DNA from: Phoronis australis
Taxonomy: Eukaryota > Animalia > Phoronida
NCBI GenBank assembly: GCA_002633005.1
Contig: NMRA01000541.1
Coordinates: forward strand, 1 to 64,000
DNA length: 64,000 bases
Direction: 5' to 3'
Shown here: piece by piece, positions 1-14,000 of the stretch
Position numbering within the stretch: position 1 is the first letter of the stretch
Layout of the letters: each line of letters starts with the position of its first letter
Translations under genes and position numbers: made by a program
Notes under the pieces: model-generated
Told to the model about the DNA's origin: nothing
What the model saw: only the letters and a program-made list of their open reading frames with translations
The model's database searches: none

Positions 1-3000
1 GATCTGAATGGCTGACCCCCCACCTTGCCGCTTGTTGGCTGTACAGTGGTCGGTGGATCCGTGGACTGATACTTAATGACACAAATAGGACCATTTCAGA
101 TGGTTATATATAAAATAATTTTACTGTTTCCCATGTTATCACAAGAAATGTATCTCTTTTGAAGATGGTTACCATGAGTTGTTTATAAGGAATTCTCACA
201 TGTGGAAAACACTGCTGTCAGGACTACATGTACCATTGGGGTGACCGTGTACATGTCGTAGGAGTGTACCCAAATATTCGCAATAATAAACAAATTGAAC
301 AAATATTTCAGCGTTTTTTGAGGTCAAGTTAAATTCGTGAATCGTGATAGATACCTCGGAAAGAGCAAAAATACACCTAATCCCCATATTCCCCCGGTTG
401 CCCATCAAAAGTCTGCGAGCATACATGCAGAAATTACTTATAACATTCGGTTTTGATTAACAAATTCGTTGGTTTCTGATATACGTGTTTATGTATCACC
501 AAAACCGAGATGTTAATAGGTGATTTTTGGCAATGAGAATCTAATCTTTTAAAAAATGATGACGGTTCATAGAATTAAATTGAAGCCTGAATATGGAAAG
601 CTATAATCCGATCCCCTAATAGTAAAGAGCAATTGGACGCTTTTGCATATTTAAAACAACTCTCAAAAACATTGATGAATTGTGGACACTTTCAAAAAAG
701 TTTACTCAAAATTCAAATGACAATAAATGCATTGCTTTTTGACTTCGGTATAAGATTTGTTGTTTAAAATCACTAACAGGGGATTAAATCAAGGTAAACG
801 CATTTTTCATGGATTTTGATTATTGGTATCTGATTTACATGTTTATGTATCTACGAAAAGTGAACTGATTGAGGGATGATTTTTTGACAACTAGAAGCTA
901 ATCTTTTAAGAAATGACACTATTTCAATGCATTTAACTGCAGGCCTACATTGGGAAAATTCGACTTATCATCGGAACCACAAATATAAAAGTACACCAAA
1001 CGATTTCTGTCTATGTAAAATAAGTCATATAGAAATTGATGAATTTCGGACAACTCAAACTTAACAATGTGTCCTAAAATGTTCTCACAATTCAAATGAC
1101 CATAAATAGTTTATTATCTCAGGAACTAGATTACTGGTATTAAGTTTACAAACCATAGATGGAAGACGAAGTTTAGGTATTGAAAAAAATAAAATCAAAC
1201 CTATTGGTCATGAACTTGGAAAGGTTGTCTTTGAAATTCCTCGATGTTTCTGGATTCCAGTAGTATTGCGCAACGAATTTTTGTTCTTCAAAACTGAAGC
1301 GTTAGCTTGCATTTCCCGTGCAAACTACACACAGAGCATTCGCGCATCCAGCCTAAAATTAAGGGGGCTAACATTTTTGAGGATGTGGACCTTTTACTAA
1401 AGAAAATAAAAACAAATTCGGGGTTTGCTCATGCTATGCATTGTGTATACGCCGTATCCTGCCTTTTTGGCGGACTTTTGTCTCGTTTTTGTCGGATATT
1501 TTGTTTCTCTGAGGCAGACCTTTCTGCCCACATAGCACCCCCCGAGCCCCGAGCCCACCCCCAGGTGCGCGCATGCGCGGATGACGTCATGACAGGCACA
1601 CACCAACGTTAAAAATGATGTGTAACCATGCAATAGGCCTGCTCAGAATTTCAGTTACCAACGGGAACTGAATTTGAACCGCACCCGTTGAAGTGTGTAC
1701 ATTTTTGGGACACGCTCTATATCATTTTCCAAGCGACAAGAAACTGGACTACCGCCTGTGTTTCATCAATGGATTCTGAGGCATCTGACCACTTTTGGGG
1801 GCCTTTTGGTTTGATGATTTTAATATCACAAACCATTGCATTTTATACAAAATCACTTTAATATGTGGTTAATTTTGCAAGTTGGACACGGCATAGAGCA
1901 TATTCAAAGAATGCAATTAGGTGCCCATAAAGTGTGATACTGCATATAATATTTCCATAGATGCATGAATCATAAAACCACAAACGTTTTTTCGCATTAA
2001 ATACAATTGAATTCGAGTATCTACAAGCGAAATAAGGCCAAATACGTGTTTATGTGTAAACATAAAAGTTTTACAAGGCTGATAAAAAGTCTGACCTTCC
2101 TGTATAAAAAGAATTTGCAGTGTCTTCCAAATTAGAGCTGAACCAGGTATTGTAATGACCGAACAAGGGATTTTTGAACCAAGGGAAGGTCAAGTCGGAG
2201 GAACATCAAGACAGGGGAATATTGTGTACAGAAAACAACAGTAGTCTACAGAGCAAGATTTATGGGTGTGTGTAAATTTGTTATTAACCAGTAAAGGTAA
2301 CCAAGATGTTAATTGACGTTGTAATATGTTAATGAAAGTATGGCGCACTTTGTATTCCACAGATGTTGGTAACAGTACTTTCACAAGTCTACGCAAGTGT
2401 TAGAGCACTAAAAAGGCCAACATGGATGCACAAAAAGAATTCTTCCATTACTAGAGGTGTTCTTCAATTGAAAATGCTACATCAAACGTTGACAAAAATG
2501 TGACAGTGTGAGAAATGATTTAAAAAACGTATGTTTGTATTGTGGTAAGAAACCAAAAGTATGCAGAATCAAAAACAAATATACAGACCATGTTAAAATG
2601 ACCAGTGGTGAATGACAGAAAGTCTTGATTGGCTAACGGGACTTTTCGAATACCACATGCTTGAAGCAATGTCTAGAAAAGTGAAGTTGCTCCCGACAAT
2701 ATCACAGGAAGAAAGGATTGAAGCTCTGACTGAAGGACTTTTACATGTGGTGGACTGTGAAGGTTTTATCTGTGTTAGTGTTAATAAAATATCTCAGACC
2801 CGCGGTATACTAATTGCAGATTATGTACAAATAGTTAAAAAATTAGTCTTTAAAACAACACACTGTTTAAATTCAACCTTGACTGTAAGACGTTTACATT
2901 TAGTCTTCTGACCAGACCGTCAAAATTGTCAAAGGAAACGAGCAATTTGTTCGTCTACAACATGGCGAAAATTCTTCGACAACACGACAACATAATGGCA

Positions 3001-4559
3001 AGTTGCTTACCACACCCTGGTACTTACGGCAGATAGAGTGTACATGGTGACTCGTTGGAAACGGAAAATATTCATAACAACAATTGTCAATTCTATGCTT
3101 TTTTGTCGCGGTAACGCAATACGGTGCGTGAAAGCTACTCCTTGCGTTTGACTATTTAATTCACGCCCCCTAGAGTCGCTATGTCGTTGCTAGGACTGAA
3201 CAGTCTTAGGAAAATCTGGATAGTGCAATATGCCTACCATAGGAAAACGCTTTAAAACTAATTTAGAATTGATTATTAAGTAGTACACTTTTAGACACCC
3301 ACAAGCAAGCACACACGTTTTTGAGGTTAACCACATATCTAACGGAAATGCACAGAACAAAGATAAAATCATAAAATCCATACTAGTAAACGGTGTAAAT
3401 TTTGCCTTCGATGATGTCGTTCTAGTTTCCTTTAGTCTTTGCTCTGTCCTCTTTTTCTACAAATTCACAAATGTGGAAATGTAATAATAGTCAACGCGGA
3501 CGTCGAAACCCCACCCATCACACACAGCTACAATTTCAGAGCTTGGACGAAGATACAGATCTTGAGTTACGTAAAGATGAATTAAAATTGGTGTTTTGGG
3601 ACAGGCCTTTGGTTTGGTTGAGCTGATAAGAAAGTCTAATTGAAAGAACAGTCTTAGAATTATATTATGATTTCAAATACGTTTACACCAGGTGATGTTA
3701 AATTCAGGTAAATTTAGACAAGCCTTTCTAAATTGAAAACCGTGGTGCTCTATGAAGTAAATCCGTCGAGCGCCATTAGTCTACTCACTGCCTGAAAAAA
3801 GCTAACAGACCGTTAACTCTTTTCACAATGCGACCGCTTCACGTCTGCTCCCAATATAATTTCACAGGCCTATACAAATTTTCGGATCCAAACTCAAGTA
3901 CAAATTAACAGAGTCTGCTTCGGGAGAATCGCCCCAAAATAAACTTGTATCCAGTCACGTATTGCGAATCCCAAGATTGGCGATATCTCTCCTGTTTGTA
4001 GCGACGTGTCCCACCTTTGCCCGTGATCAACGTGCTTGTAATGCATGGATTTATTTACATACATGTACACTACACTGTAAATAGTTTTATATACCTAAAA
4101 ATTGCGGGCTTTATCTCTCTGGTAGTAAATGTCCAACCGATAAACATAGGCACGACAGCAAATATAATTAAACCATCAATATATTTGGCAACAACCTACA
4201 ATAATTCTTCACAGAAAAATGACAGTAGAAAGTCCGCGACTTTCCGTCTTCTTTGCAAGTATGTCTGAGTGTGGCTATCTGCTAGGAAGATCCATATTAC
4301 AACTCTTTTGAAAAAAACAGAATCAGTGTCATTTCAGACGCTGCAGAGCCCACTATAATTATAAAGGTAAGAACCATTACTATGAGCATTTCATTAATTT
4401 GTACGCAACGGTGTTTCCCTTTTTATGAAAATAAAAGGCAGGTCCTGATAATCATTCGCAAACTTCACAAAATATTAGATGGCACCATTTAAAGATGTAA
4501 GATTAATATTTAATCGATTAAACAAATCTGATCTAAGGTTAAGGTAAGCTGAACACTGT

Positions 4560-5500
4560 TTTAAAACATGGACTTCTTTCTCGACTACAATACCTCACAC
4601 AATCTTCTTAGCTCAACCCCAATGACACAGTACCTAACCTGAAAGTAGCCAGACCCTTCGCTCTTTGCAGTTTAGGTTAGAACATATATATGATTCAAGA
4701 CTCAGAGCTGACTCGAAATTTCTGTATAGCCTAAGTTTGTTTCCTGACCCCATACTTACACCTTGCTCACTTCTAACCTTGTTCAGCCACAGCAACTGTT
4801 AAATTGTAAATATTTTCTCATCATTATGACCTTACACCTAGTCCAGTTTACTGGTGTCCCTATTGTAGTAAATAAGATGAGATCAATGACTAACCTATTC
4901 TCCAGCCTGGTGTCCTTATGTTCCGTAATGACATTATCCCCGAGATCACCACTTACACTATGGCCCTGATTTTTAACATTCAACGACAATTGGTAGAGCC
5001 ATTCAATTTTTTTCGGCAATCTGGACCTAGGTATGTAAACGAGCCTGCAACAAAAACCGAATAATACTAAACCACTGAATACGATCCGGTGTTTTCGAGC
5101 CCAAGTGCCCCAACACAGCTGGGTCTTAGACACTCCCACGAAAAACCTCTGGGCTCTGTGCATTTACATAACTGAAGCCAAGATGTTCCCATATAGGACA
5201 GGCATTTTCTAGAACTGGCTGTACTTAAACATGTAGAGAATACTTTGTGAGGCATGCCACCACAGTCTCAGAGTGTGAACTAATGCCTCATCCATCCTCC
5301 TACATGTACATGTATACGTGTACCTCAGTCAGTCTCTCTCTCTGCCTTGCTTACTGCCTTATGTTTGGTAGATAAGTCCCTTTTCTACCAGGACTTAAAA
5401 CCTCTGCGTCTATTACCCTCCCATCTTATGAGTTTTAATCATTGAGTTTTTCTCCATCTCACTGTAAATGATACATGTGTTTGTAAATTGTGAATAAATT
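4560..5500 (+). mobile_element. Degraded 3' fragment of a probable CR1/L2-type LINE
   Basis: Interrupted reading frames with LINE RT C-terminal-like remnants (e.g. PLEY near 5070) and a 3' AATAAA near 5494. Boundaries approximate. Confidence 0.35.
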
Positions 5501-6734
5501 TTAGTGAGTCACAGGAGTCATAGGAGACACACTTAACTTTGTCTTATAGTAAATGCATATCTCAATGCATTCATCCAACCACCAAATAAACTGCAACGGC
5601 CACTCTATCAATAACTGATTTCTCTTAATGTGTGTCTTTACCTGAGGACTTCTCGTCCATAGACTCCGGCCTCAGTGCCTCGGCAACATTGCGCTTCTGC
5701 GGCAAGATAGAAAGTCTGCCATATTGAACCAGTTCTGTAACTTTTCAATATGGTTATACCTACAGTGGCAACACTTCGTCAATCACGATATATTAGGAGG
5801 GCATAAGCATGTGACTTACACAAAGTATTTTGCTTAAAATTCGCGGAGAAGAATTTTTAAATGTGGTCACTGAAGATATTTCAAGCCTCACAGGAAGAGC
5901 AAAAATGTCCCATGACATGGTCAAATGATGCGGCAGAAATTAATTTTCTATCTTCCTTATGTCACTTTCACTTATTTGAACGCAATGCTTAATGAATTCC
6001 TGGTCGAAACAATACTCTTGAATATTGGAAACATTTGGTGGGAATCCTCGTTATGATTACTTGATTTATTTTTGAAACCCACATGATTTATTTAAATGTA
6101 GGTGACGAAACTTCTTAAAGTTGTTACAGCTGGGCTCAACAAAAAACTTTTAACTACTCATTTTCAACTTCATCAATTGCATTTTGGCTAATTTTCTCAA
6201 TTACTGAAAATAATAACTGAAAACTTGGCAAATTTATGTGTTAACACAAATATTTGTTGTGCTTTGAAATTGACTTACTGAAAAAACGAATTTTAGGCAA
6301 CCATCTGTTTGAACTAGGTTTGGGAGAAAAATGGATTGCCTGATTTCGATTTACCCACAACAATTATATCAGTAATCACCTCTATCCTTCCCGAAAGAAA
6401 AGATGAAATTTAAAGCATGCATGATGCTTCGTCAGTCATACCCTGTAGATTATAAAATGATAGTGTAAATTTAAAACAAACTTATTCTCACCCTTAAGAG
6501 AAATCATTTCGCAAAATATCACAAAGTGCCGAGAATCAAAAGATCTAAAAATACTAATTGCGCCGTCGTAGGTCACAGGAAACTTATAAATGAATTCTGC
6601 GACCACATGGGGAACCAATTTAAATTAAATGTTGTTTAATTATATGAACCAATGTCTTTTATGAAAGTAGTAAGTCCCCACATTGGATTTGGTAAATGAA
6701 TAGAACAGAAATAACGGGTTCCAACCAGACATGG

Positions 6735-7454
6735 TGTCAGAATATAGACTGACAATGTTTTCAGTTGTATTTCTATGTTTTGCTTGATTGGCATAACCTT
6801 TGAGTTAAGTACAGTGATGATGTAAATTGTTTACTACTGAATGGTATGGAACTTTCTAAAAACTGAGGTCAGTACAGTGGTGATGTAATTTGTTTACTAC
6901 AGTATTGTGTGGAATTTTCTAGAAAACTCTAGCATGACATTGATTAATGCACTCCGTAATATTCTAGAGACTAGTACATGAACGTAGAACGATTGAGTGG
7001 ATTCCGGAAAGTTCTGGCATCTGCTAGAATTGATGAAAAGTTCTAGAACAATGTATTAGTCTATAAATTCTCAGGCACAGGTCTGTGAATCAGTTAACCA
7101 GAAGTTAATCAGAAGAAAAGCAGTTAAGCAGTTAAAGAGTTGCAGCGAAGAGAATCAGCAGTTACAGCGAGAAACAACAGAGAGCCGGCTATAGAAACAG
7201 CAGTTTATTGAATCAGCGAAAGTAAGGGTTGCTGAACGTGTCTCAGAAGTTTATCGAAAGTCTAGGATTTGCAGCACTGGTTGGAGCAAAGAACAGACAT
7301 TACGTTTGACGTTTTGTTTGAGTAGGATTGCGAAAGTACGGTCGAGATTAATAAAGGATTAACTCGAACCAGTCTTCAGTCTATCGTCGCACCGAATGCA
7401 ATTAGCACCGGTCTTAAACAACCTGCGCCCACCCACACACGAGAAAACGTGACA
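6735..7454 (+). mobile_element. Solo LTR (720 bp)
   Basis: TGTCA...TGACA termini with near-perfect 5-bp TSD CATGG/TATGG. TATAAA at 7062 and AATAAA at 7350. A homologous partial copy lies at about 50455-50831. Confidence 0.8.
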
Positions 7455-8719
7455 TATGGACTGGAGTAAAACTAATGGTGTCGAGCTGAAATTGGATGCT
7501 GAGGTAGAGGCTGGACTTATTTGCGTCGACTGAATGCATGGGGGAGGATGCTGCAGTCATATATTTGCAACACTAACGTGAGAGTTTTTCACTTTGGATG
7601 TCTTGCCATATCAAATATTCAGTGCTTTCCCTTGTTGATGAAAAATTTACGAAGCGACGAGCAGTCAATGTTTTTTAAATATGAATGTAAAATCAAATCT
7701 TTGCAAAACAATACCTGGTGAACAGTTTAACTTCCGTTTCTGTATCAGAGAACCACTTTGAATAATGCAGTTTAGTCTACTTCTCACTTTCTGGGTGTTC
7801 TTATCCCACAGCGTGCCAAGCGGTTAGTTTGTAACTGTAGGCCTAAATATATTCAGTGGTGTGTGCAATTTTCGTATTAGATATCAAGAGATAGCCAGGT
7901 TCATTTTAAATATTGGGTGATGATGAACTTCATCTTTAATCACTCTGGAAAAATGAAGTTGTCCCACCCTCGACAAAGCGACAGAGAGAGCAGACCGGCG
8001 CTACGGTCCACGGTCTAGTGGACACGCCAAACAACCGGACATTTGGTAAATAATAAGTTGCTAAAGAAATGTTGTATGAAGCAGTGAAAAACGTTTGTAT
8101 GCTTTTATTTTGATTGTAACACAAATCTTCATATTAAACTAGTACACATTTTGGGGACAATGTTATTCGAAGTAGTTGAAATTATATTAAACAAACACAG
8201 GAGCAAAACTTTTATGAGGAGTTTATTAATTTAAAACGTAAGCAAGAGTGCCACACCACTACCAAATAGAAGCAAATACTCAGAATAGCAAACGACCATA
8301 TGAATGGACCCGGGCTACAATGCAAAGCAGAATGTTTAAATGGGTGTTCATAAGTACGGTTAAAATCTGTAATTAAACTTAGATGGTCGAAAGTGGAATT
8401 GCTTACTGCCGACGCACAGCAGCCCTGTACCTCTGTATCAGGACCCAGTTAAACGAATGGTGCTATTTGTACAATGATAAAGGACAACAGTATGGGCGGC
8501 GTGCCACTGAAATAAGAATGAGGCTATACCCCCACAACCTAGGGTGCACACCGCCCATGTCAATACCGTGCAAACAATTAACAATGGTAAACGGGGCACA
8601 ACCGAAGCCAAATATGTCTGATGACCAAGTGAGTTCGCAGTATACCAACCATAAGCTAAAAGTTTCATATATAATGCTAACCTACTTTAACAATTGTAGG
8701 ACGAGACCTTTCAGACTAT

Positions 8720-10290
8720 AAAATGAAAGTTATCTCCCATATCAAATATGTCTCCAAAAATGTTAATGAATACTGGGTTATAGTGAACAAAATTCGAGGG
8801 CAGGTAAAGCAATCATCATACCCCTCAATCCACTCAAAGGAATTAAACTCTCAGGCGTCTACCAAAGCTAATAAAAGTAAGTTATTTGAAGACTACTTCA
8901 CCGCCAAGAGTCACATTGCACCAAAATTAAACTTTCCCAAATTCACAAACAGAACATAAAAGCAACTCTCTGACATACAAGCAAAACCATATGAAGTCAG
9001 AGAACTACTAAAAAGCATTGACGAAAACAAAAACGATGGTACTAATCTCAAAACCAAAAAAACGATCAAGATAATAGCAAGAGAGCTTACACTTCCTCTG
9101 ACAACATTATACAACAAAAATACTACAATCTGGACAATTTCCTTCGAACTGGAAGCTTGGCGTTATGATACCAATACAAAAAATGAACTCCAAAACAGAC
9201 ATTGCCAACTATCGCCCCATAACTGTAATTAACACCTTATACAAAATTTTGGAAAAAAGTCATTTCTCAACAAAAGTTCGACCACCTCTCTTCACAAGAC
9301 CTCATATATCGTCGCCAATTTGGATGCATTCCTGGTTAAAACATTGTGTCCCAACTTACAGAAATTGTACACGACTACCACCTCCAGTTTGAGCAAGGGT
9401 ACAACGTGGGATCCGTATTTTTAGACATTGGGTCAGCTTCTACATAAATTACAATCTTACGGTTTCTCAGGCACTATCCTCTTATTTTTATAATCATATC
9501 TGGAATACCGAACTTACAAAGTCCGAATTGAGGGTGATTTTTCACCTTCATTAACGCCAGGTTTCATAAATGCCGGAGTACCCCAGGGTAGCGTACTAGG
9601 TCCCTTACACAATGAACTCTAAAACATTCTTATATGCTTATGACACTGCAATTTTCAACCCATTCTCAAAAGACCATCCCCATGACTCCTTACAATTACA
9701 TGTAATTGCAAGCTGACCTCAACAAACTCTATGACTGGTCTGACAAATGGGAGAAGAAATTTAAAATTGAAAAAAGGTTTTGATCTTATATTTTCTAAGT
9801 GTAATAATACTCATTTCCAAACAAATCCAACGCTGGAATTTTCACTCAATAGGGAAATTATTCCCGAAAAGTTCACGCACAAACATTTTGGCTTGCTACT
9901 AGACCATAAACTTACATTTACTCCTCATTGTCGCGAACTCCTTCATAATGTACGAAAGTTAATTAGTCCAATTAGAATTATATCTCGTCTTCTCAACTCC
10001 ATACATCTTGAAACTCTGTTCAAGTCTTCCATATCTAGATTACTGTGACATAATCTACCAATCGGCAAACCCTGACAAACTACTTCAATTAGAAAGACTA
10101 CAATACCGAGCAGCTTTAGCCATAACACGGGCATACGAAGGTTCCAACACAATCGAGTTCTAAATAATCTCAACTGGAGCAAAGTAGCAACGTGCGGTGA
10201 ACACCACCTGTCCATGTATACATTTAAAATCTTAACCAACACAAACAATTACTGTAACAAAATCGTCTTTTACTCCTACAAAAGACCAAG
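8720..10290 (+). mobile_element. Degraded CR1/L2-clade non-LTR retrotransposon (RT pseudogene)
   Basis: Frameshifted RT motifs in order: NYRPITVINTLYKILEK, FLDI, INAGVPQGSVLGP (about 9567-9605), YAYDT (degenerate YADD), HKHFGLLLDHKLTF. Confidence 0.85.
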
Positions 10291-10304
10291 CACGAGACCA
10301 ACCA

Positions 10305-10455
10305 CCCGTTCAGTAACGCTAGGACCTCGCTAAAAAGCAAGACTTCGCGAGATTACGTGAGATATTGTCGTGTATTTTAAATGAGAACACGTGACCTTGA
10401 CTAGATTTTAGCTAGGTCCTAGCGTATGTCCTAGCGTCTACTGAACGCACGCCAG
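10305..10455. mobile_element. Short MITE-like element
   Basis: Inverted ends CGTTCAGTAACGCTAGGAC / GTCCTAGCGTCTACTGAACG. The internal GACTTCGCGAGATTACGTGAGA recurs reverse-complemented at about 41574-41596. Confidence 0.6.
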
Positions 10456-10824
10456 GACTGCGGCAAAGTAATACGCACTCTATTCCATCTTCCATCAGCC
10501 ACGCCTTCAGGAGATCAACCATATTAACTAGTATTAACAACCGGCTTTAATGATAGCTTCAATTTTATCTCGTAAGCCCCATTTACTAGAATTTCATTCC
10601 GGACTTAGTGAGCTCATTTGCAGACACGGACACTTGAAAATGTTCAGTAAGGTATCGCATACAAGTAAACTTTGAATTTTCCGACCCAGTAAGGCCAGAT
10701 GAACGGACCGATGAAAGCGGTAAAACAGAAAAATACTGTGGGTGTCAGAGACATTTAAAGGATATATTAGAAGCCAAAAATTGGCAAAATAAACGAAAAA
10801 CACCCCCACTTAAACTGGATTCCA

Positions 10825-11025
10825 CTAGACCTCGGTTTCTAGTATCGAAGGACAGACGGTATAATAGTACTTTTCTGCTCCAGTCTTTTTTCGGTGAATA
10901 CGGAACTTGTTGTAAACATGGAGGACCAATCCAGGAAAGAGATTTGTGATGTACCGCATTAATCTTTCTTTAGTCCCGCCGAAGACTTTTTTTATCCGAG
11001 ACTCCAACTCTTCGAAGTGGTTCCT
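10825..11025 (-). CDS. Terminal coding exon G (KEN catalytic His and C-terminus: RNHFEELESRIKKVFGGTKERLMRYITNLFPGLVLHVYNKF...ETEV*)
   Basis: Acceptor cctattttcag|AGG; 201 nt ending in TAG. Aligns to IRE1 KHHYRELPAEVRETLG...YFTSRFPHLLAHTY and RNase L FPDLVIYVY. Confidence 0.92.
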   Translation of the reverse strand, partial: RNHFEELESRIKKVFGGTKERLMRYITNLFPGLVLHVYNKFRIHRKKTGAEKYYYTVCPSILETEV

Positions 11026-14000
11026 CTGAAAATAGGTATGTTAAAAAAATGCAATTACAAAATGAAAGAAAAATGCAAATCTTATTTATCAAAAGCATCC
11101 CTCCAGCAAAATAAGTAAAATTAAAATTGTAGGCGTACGGTAAAACGACTAACGCACACGACGGGGTTAGAACCACGGTTCTTGTACATGAACTGCGCTC
11201 TGTGACCAGATATTGGCAAATGTACTGTACCTTGTTGCGCATGAATATCACAAGCCCTGTTACGTTATTGCTTTTTCCGAGACGTAACATCTCCTGCAAT
11301 TCGTCTCCTTTTACCTTCGTACCGTGTTTCTGGTAGAAATCTGTAACCCAAAAATAAGAAGGAAAAGTTGAGGGCGTGAGAACACAATGTATTTTTCTAC
11401 ACTTCGGCGCAAGAGTATCAGACCTATCAAAGACCTTCAGTTAGACTTTATATCTGTAAGCTACAGGTACTCATTTTTTACGAGAACATGGTGGTTTAAA
11501 TGGAAACAAATATAATCTATGGACATGAGCTTAAGCACACGCATACATTTAATCTAGATTGTGCATTCAGTTGTGGTATGAATATACATGTACGTCTTGA
11601 TAATAACTATCTGAGAAAACGTGGTAGATTAGGGATCAAAGTGTAACACAGCCTTTTACACGGCGATAATGAGGCGAACCGAACTTCCAGAAAAAGCACA
11701 ACAATCAAATCGCTTCTAATTGGCACGCATACTTCTTTCTGTGTAGGCATTTACATCATCTTGCCATTGCGTAGGCACAGCCAGCCAAGGGGTTACGTGG
11801 TGCTTACAAATTTGGGGTTTCAGTGAGTATGATTCGGCCATGCGGAAAGCAAAACCAAGACGAAATTTTAGGGATAGTAATACGTTATTTGATTTCATTT
11901 CACTTTGATTGATGTGATAATTGATATTCATTTGTTTTAGGGATATTTGAATAATAAAGCTACCTGGTCATAATTTAAAAGATTTTGATTTTTTGAATAA
12001 GTGCACATTCAACTATACTCACTATAATTCCAAATCAAATACTTGTAATCAAGTGCATTCGATGTTTTCTACGTATCCATCCCTTGATTACTCGGCTTTT
12101 TGTTGTCCACCAGTGTGTCAATTTATAAGGCTATTATTATACTGGGTGTTCTGTTTCCCATCTTAGTTACTTAAAATTGTTGGTTTCGGTTTAGTTTATG
12201 TTATACTAAACCTGTCTATTTCTCATGACTATTTCGTACTTTTAGCACTGTATACAGAATGAACCAAAATTATAACGTATTTCATGGACATCATTAAACT
12301 ATCAGATATTTTATGTGAAATTACTTCTGAATCTTGCTGCATATTTTTCACATCCCTAACTTCCGGTCTTAAATTGGAAAGTTACCATTGAACGTGCGAT
12401 TGGCCAGCTTGACCAAGTTTCCAGTTATTGGCTTTTCAAGCAGCAACATCATCATCTTGAAGTAATCACTCGTCAATGCATACAACGAGAGGCAGAAGTC
12501 AGTGACATGCAACCAGTTGTGTGGCATTCCACAATAGTGCTATTCTACAAGTTATTTCTGTTGACAAATGCAGACCGTTCCTGGGTCCGTCTCATAAAGT
12601 ACACAAACTGGACGGTCTTACGCTCCCATTTCTCTATTGCTGTGTAAAGTTTTAGTCAAGTAATTATCAGCGCATCACAGTCGAAAACTAATTCACAAAA
12701 ACTTTTTCAGAAACTAAGAATGACGAGTTTGTTCTCATAGAACTTTACTCAGGTGGGCTTCGACTATTTTTCCGAAATCCTTACGTTGGTCGAAAGGTTA
12801 AATTCATTTTTCAAATCTTAAGTCACTTCATGAAACCTTACGCCGGGTATGTATTTGCTTTTGAAATAAACGCATAAAAATGTTGACACACGTAAGTGTA
12901 ATGGAGGAATTCAATTGTCTTCACGATAAGCCACTGCATACCAGGTGAAATCTGCGTGTATTTATACCGAATTCCGGAATCATGCTGAGAAAATGAATAA
13001 GACCATTTGACGTGTCAGAGAGGTGGACTATATGGGCCCGGAATACTAATGGAATGTGGCTACAAGTAATACCGCACTAGGGGTTGGAGACTTATTATTC
13101 ACTTTCACTAGGGGTGGAGATGCTACATGTCGCCACACAAGCTTTTTGAAATTTTCTGTTCCACTGACTGCGGTGCAAGAATCCACGGATAGACAATACA
13201 CGAGTGCACATGTCAAGGCTATTTTTGGGACGAATTAAATATCCAGCTGTAATGAGTCTTGTGAAGACTGCAGCCGTGTAAGCTGTGAACGAGTGTAGAG
13301 GGTCGCGTTTGTTCTTCTTTACCATAGGCCAATTAAGTGGTCTAAATTATTACTAACCACGGTTGAGTCGTTGAAGGGACATGGTTTGCAGTAATAAATT
13401 GGACAACGTAAATGTATCGCCAGACGAGTTAAAGGAGTTCCTTTGTATGACGAATGCGAGAAAATGCGGAGTTTGTCGGAACTCAGTGGTATAAAATGCC
13501 GAAACATCGGATTACTCGACAGCTACAGCACACATCACGAATTTTTGTCCGACCGGTAGGAAATTGGTCGACGACCGGCAGCCGGCCGCAGGGCCGACCC
13601 ATAAGGCGACTCCCCAGCCGACCCTTCAGCCGACCCTTCAGTCGACCGGCCATCAGCCGACCAGCTGGTCGGCTGCTATTTTTAGGCTAGAGTAGCAGTT
13701 GCGTAATAGGTTGTCAGGCTGATACCACTTTGCGTGTCAATGCATATTCGTCTCAGCACAGGGTCAAATAAATTAATTTAGTTTTACCTTCTCTGTTACA
13801 TGAGTTCATCGCAGTTGTGAAACACCACTAATTCGAAGGTTGAGGGCAAGCGGTTTTATCACTGAATTATGGACAGTGCAACAATTTTTGGATAAAAAAC
13901 GTGAACATTTTCTTTACATTTGATCTCTAATTTGATTGGCGACGTTAACAAGCTGCATTAGATTGGCTGCTTCCCGGTTAATACAACGTTGTAGTCATTT

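Noticed and set aside
6400-6440. Hammerhead-like CTGACGA + stem on the minus strand (also CTGATGAG near 34105 and 46454)
   Set aside because: The required GAAA after stem II and stems I/III are absent.
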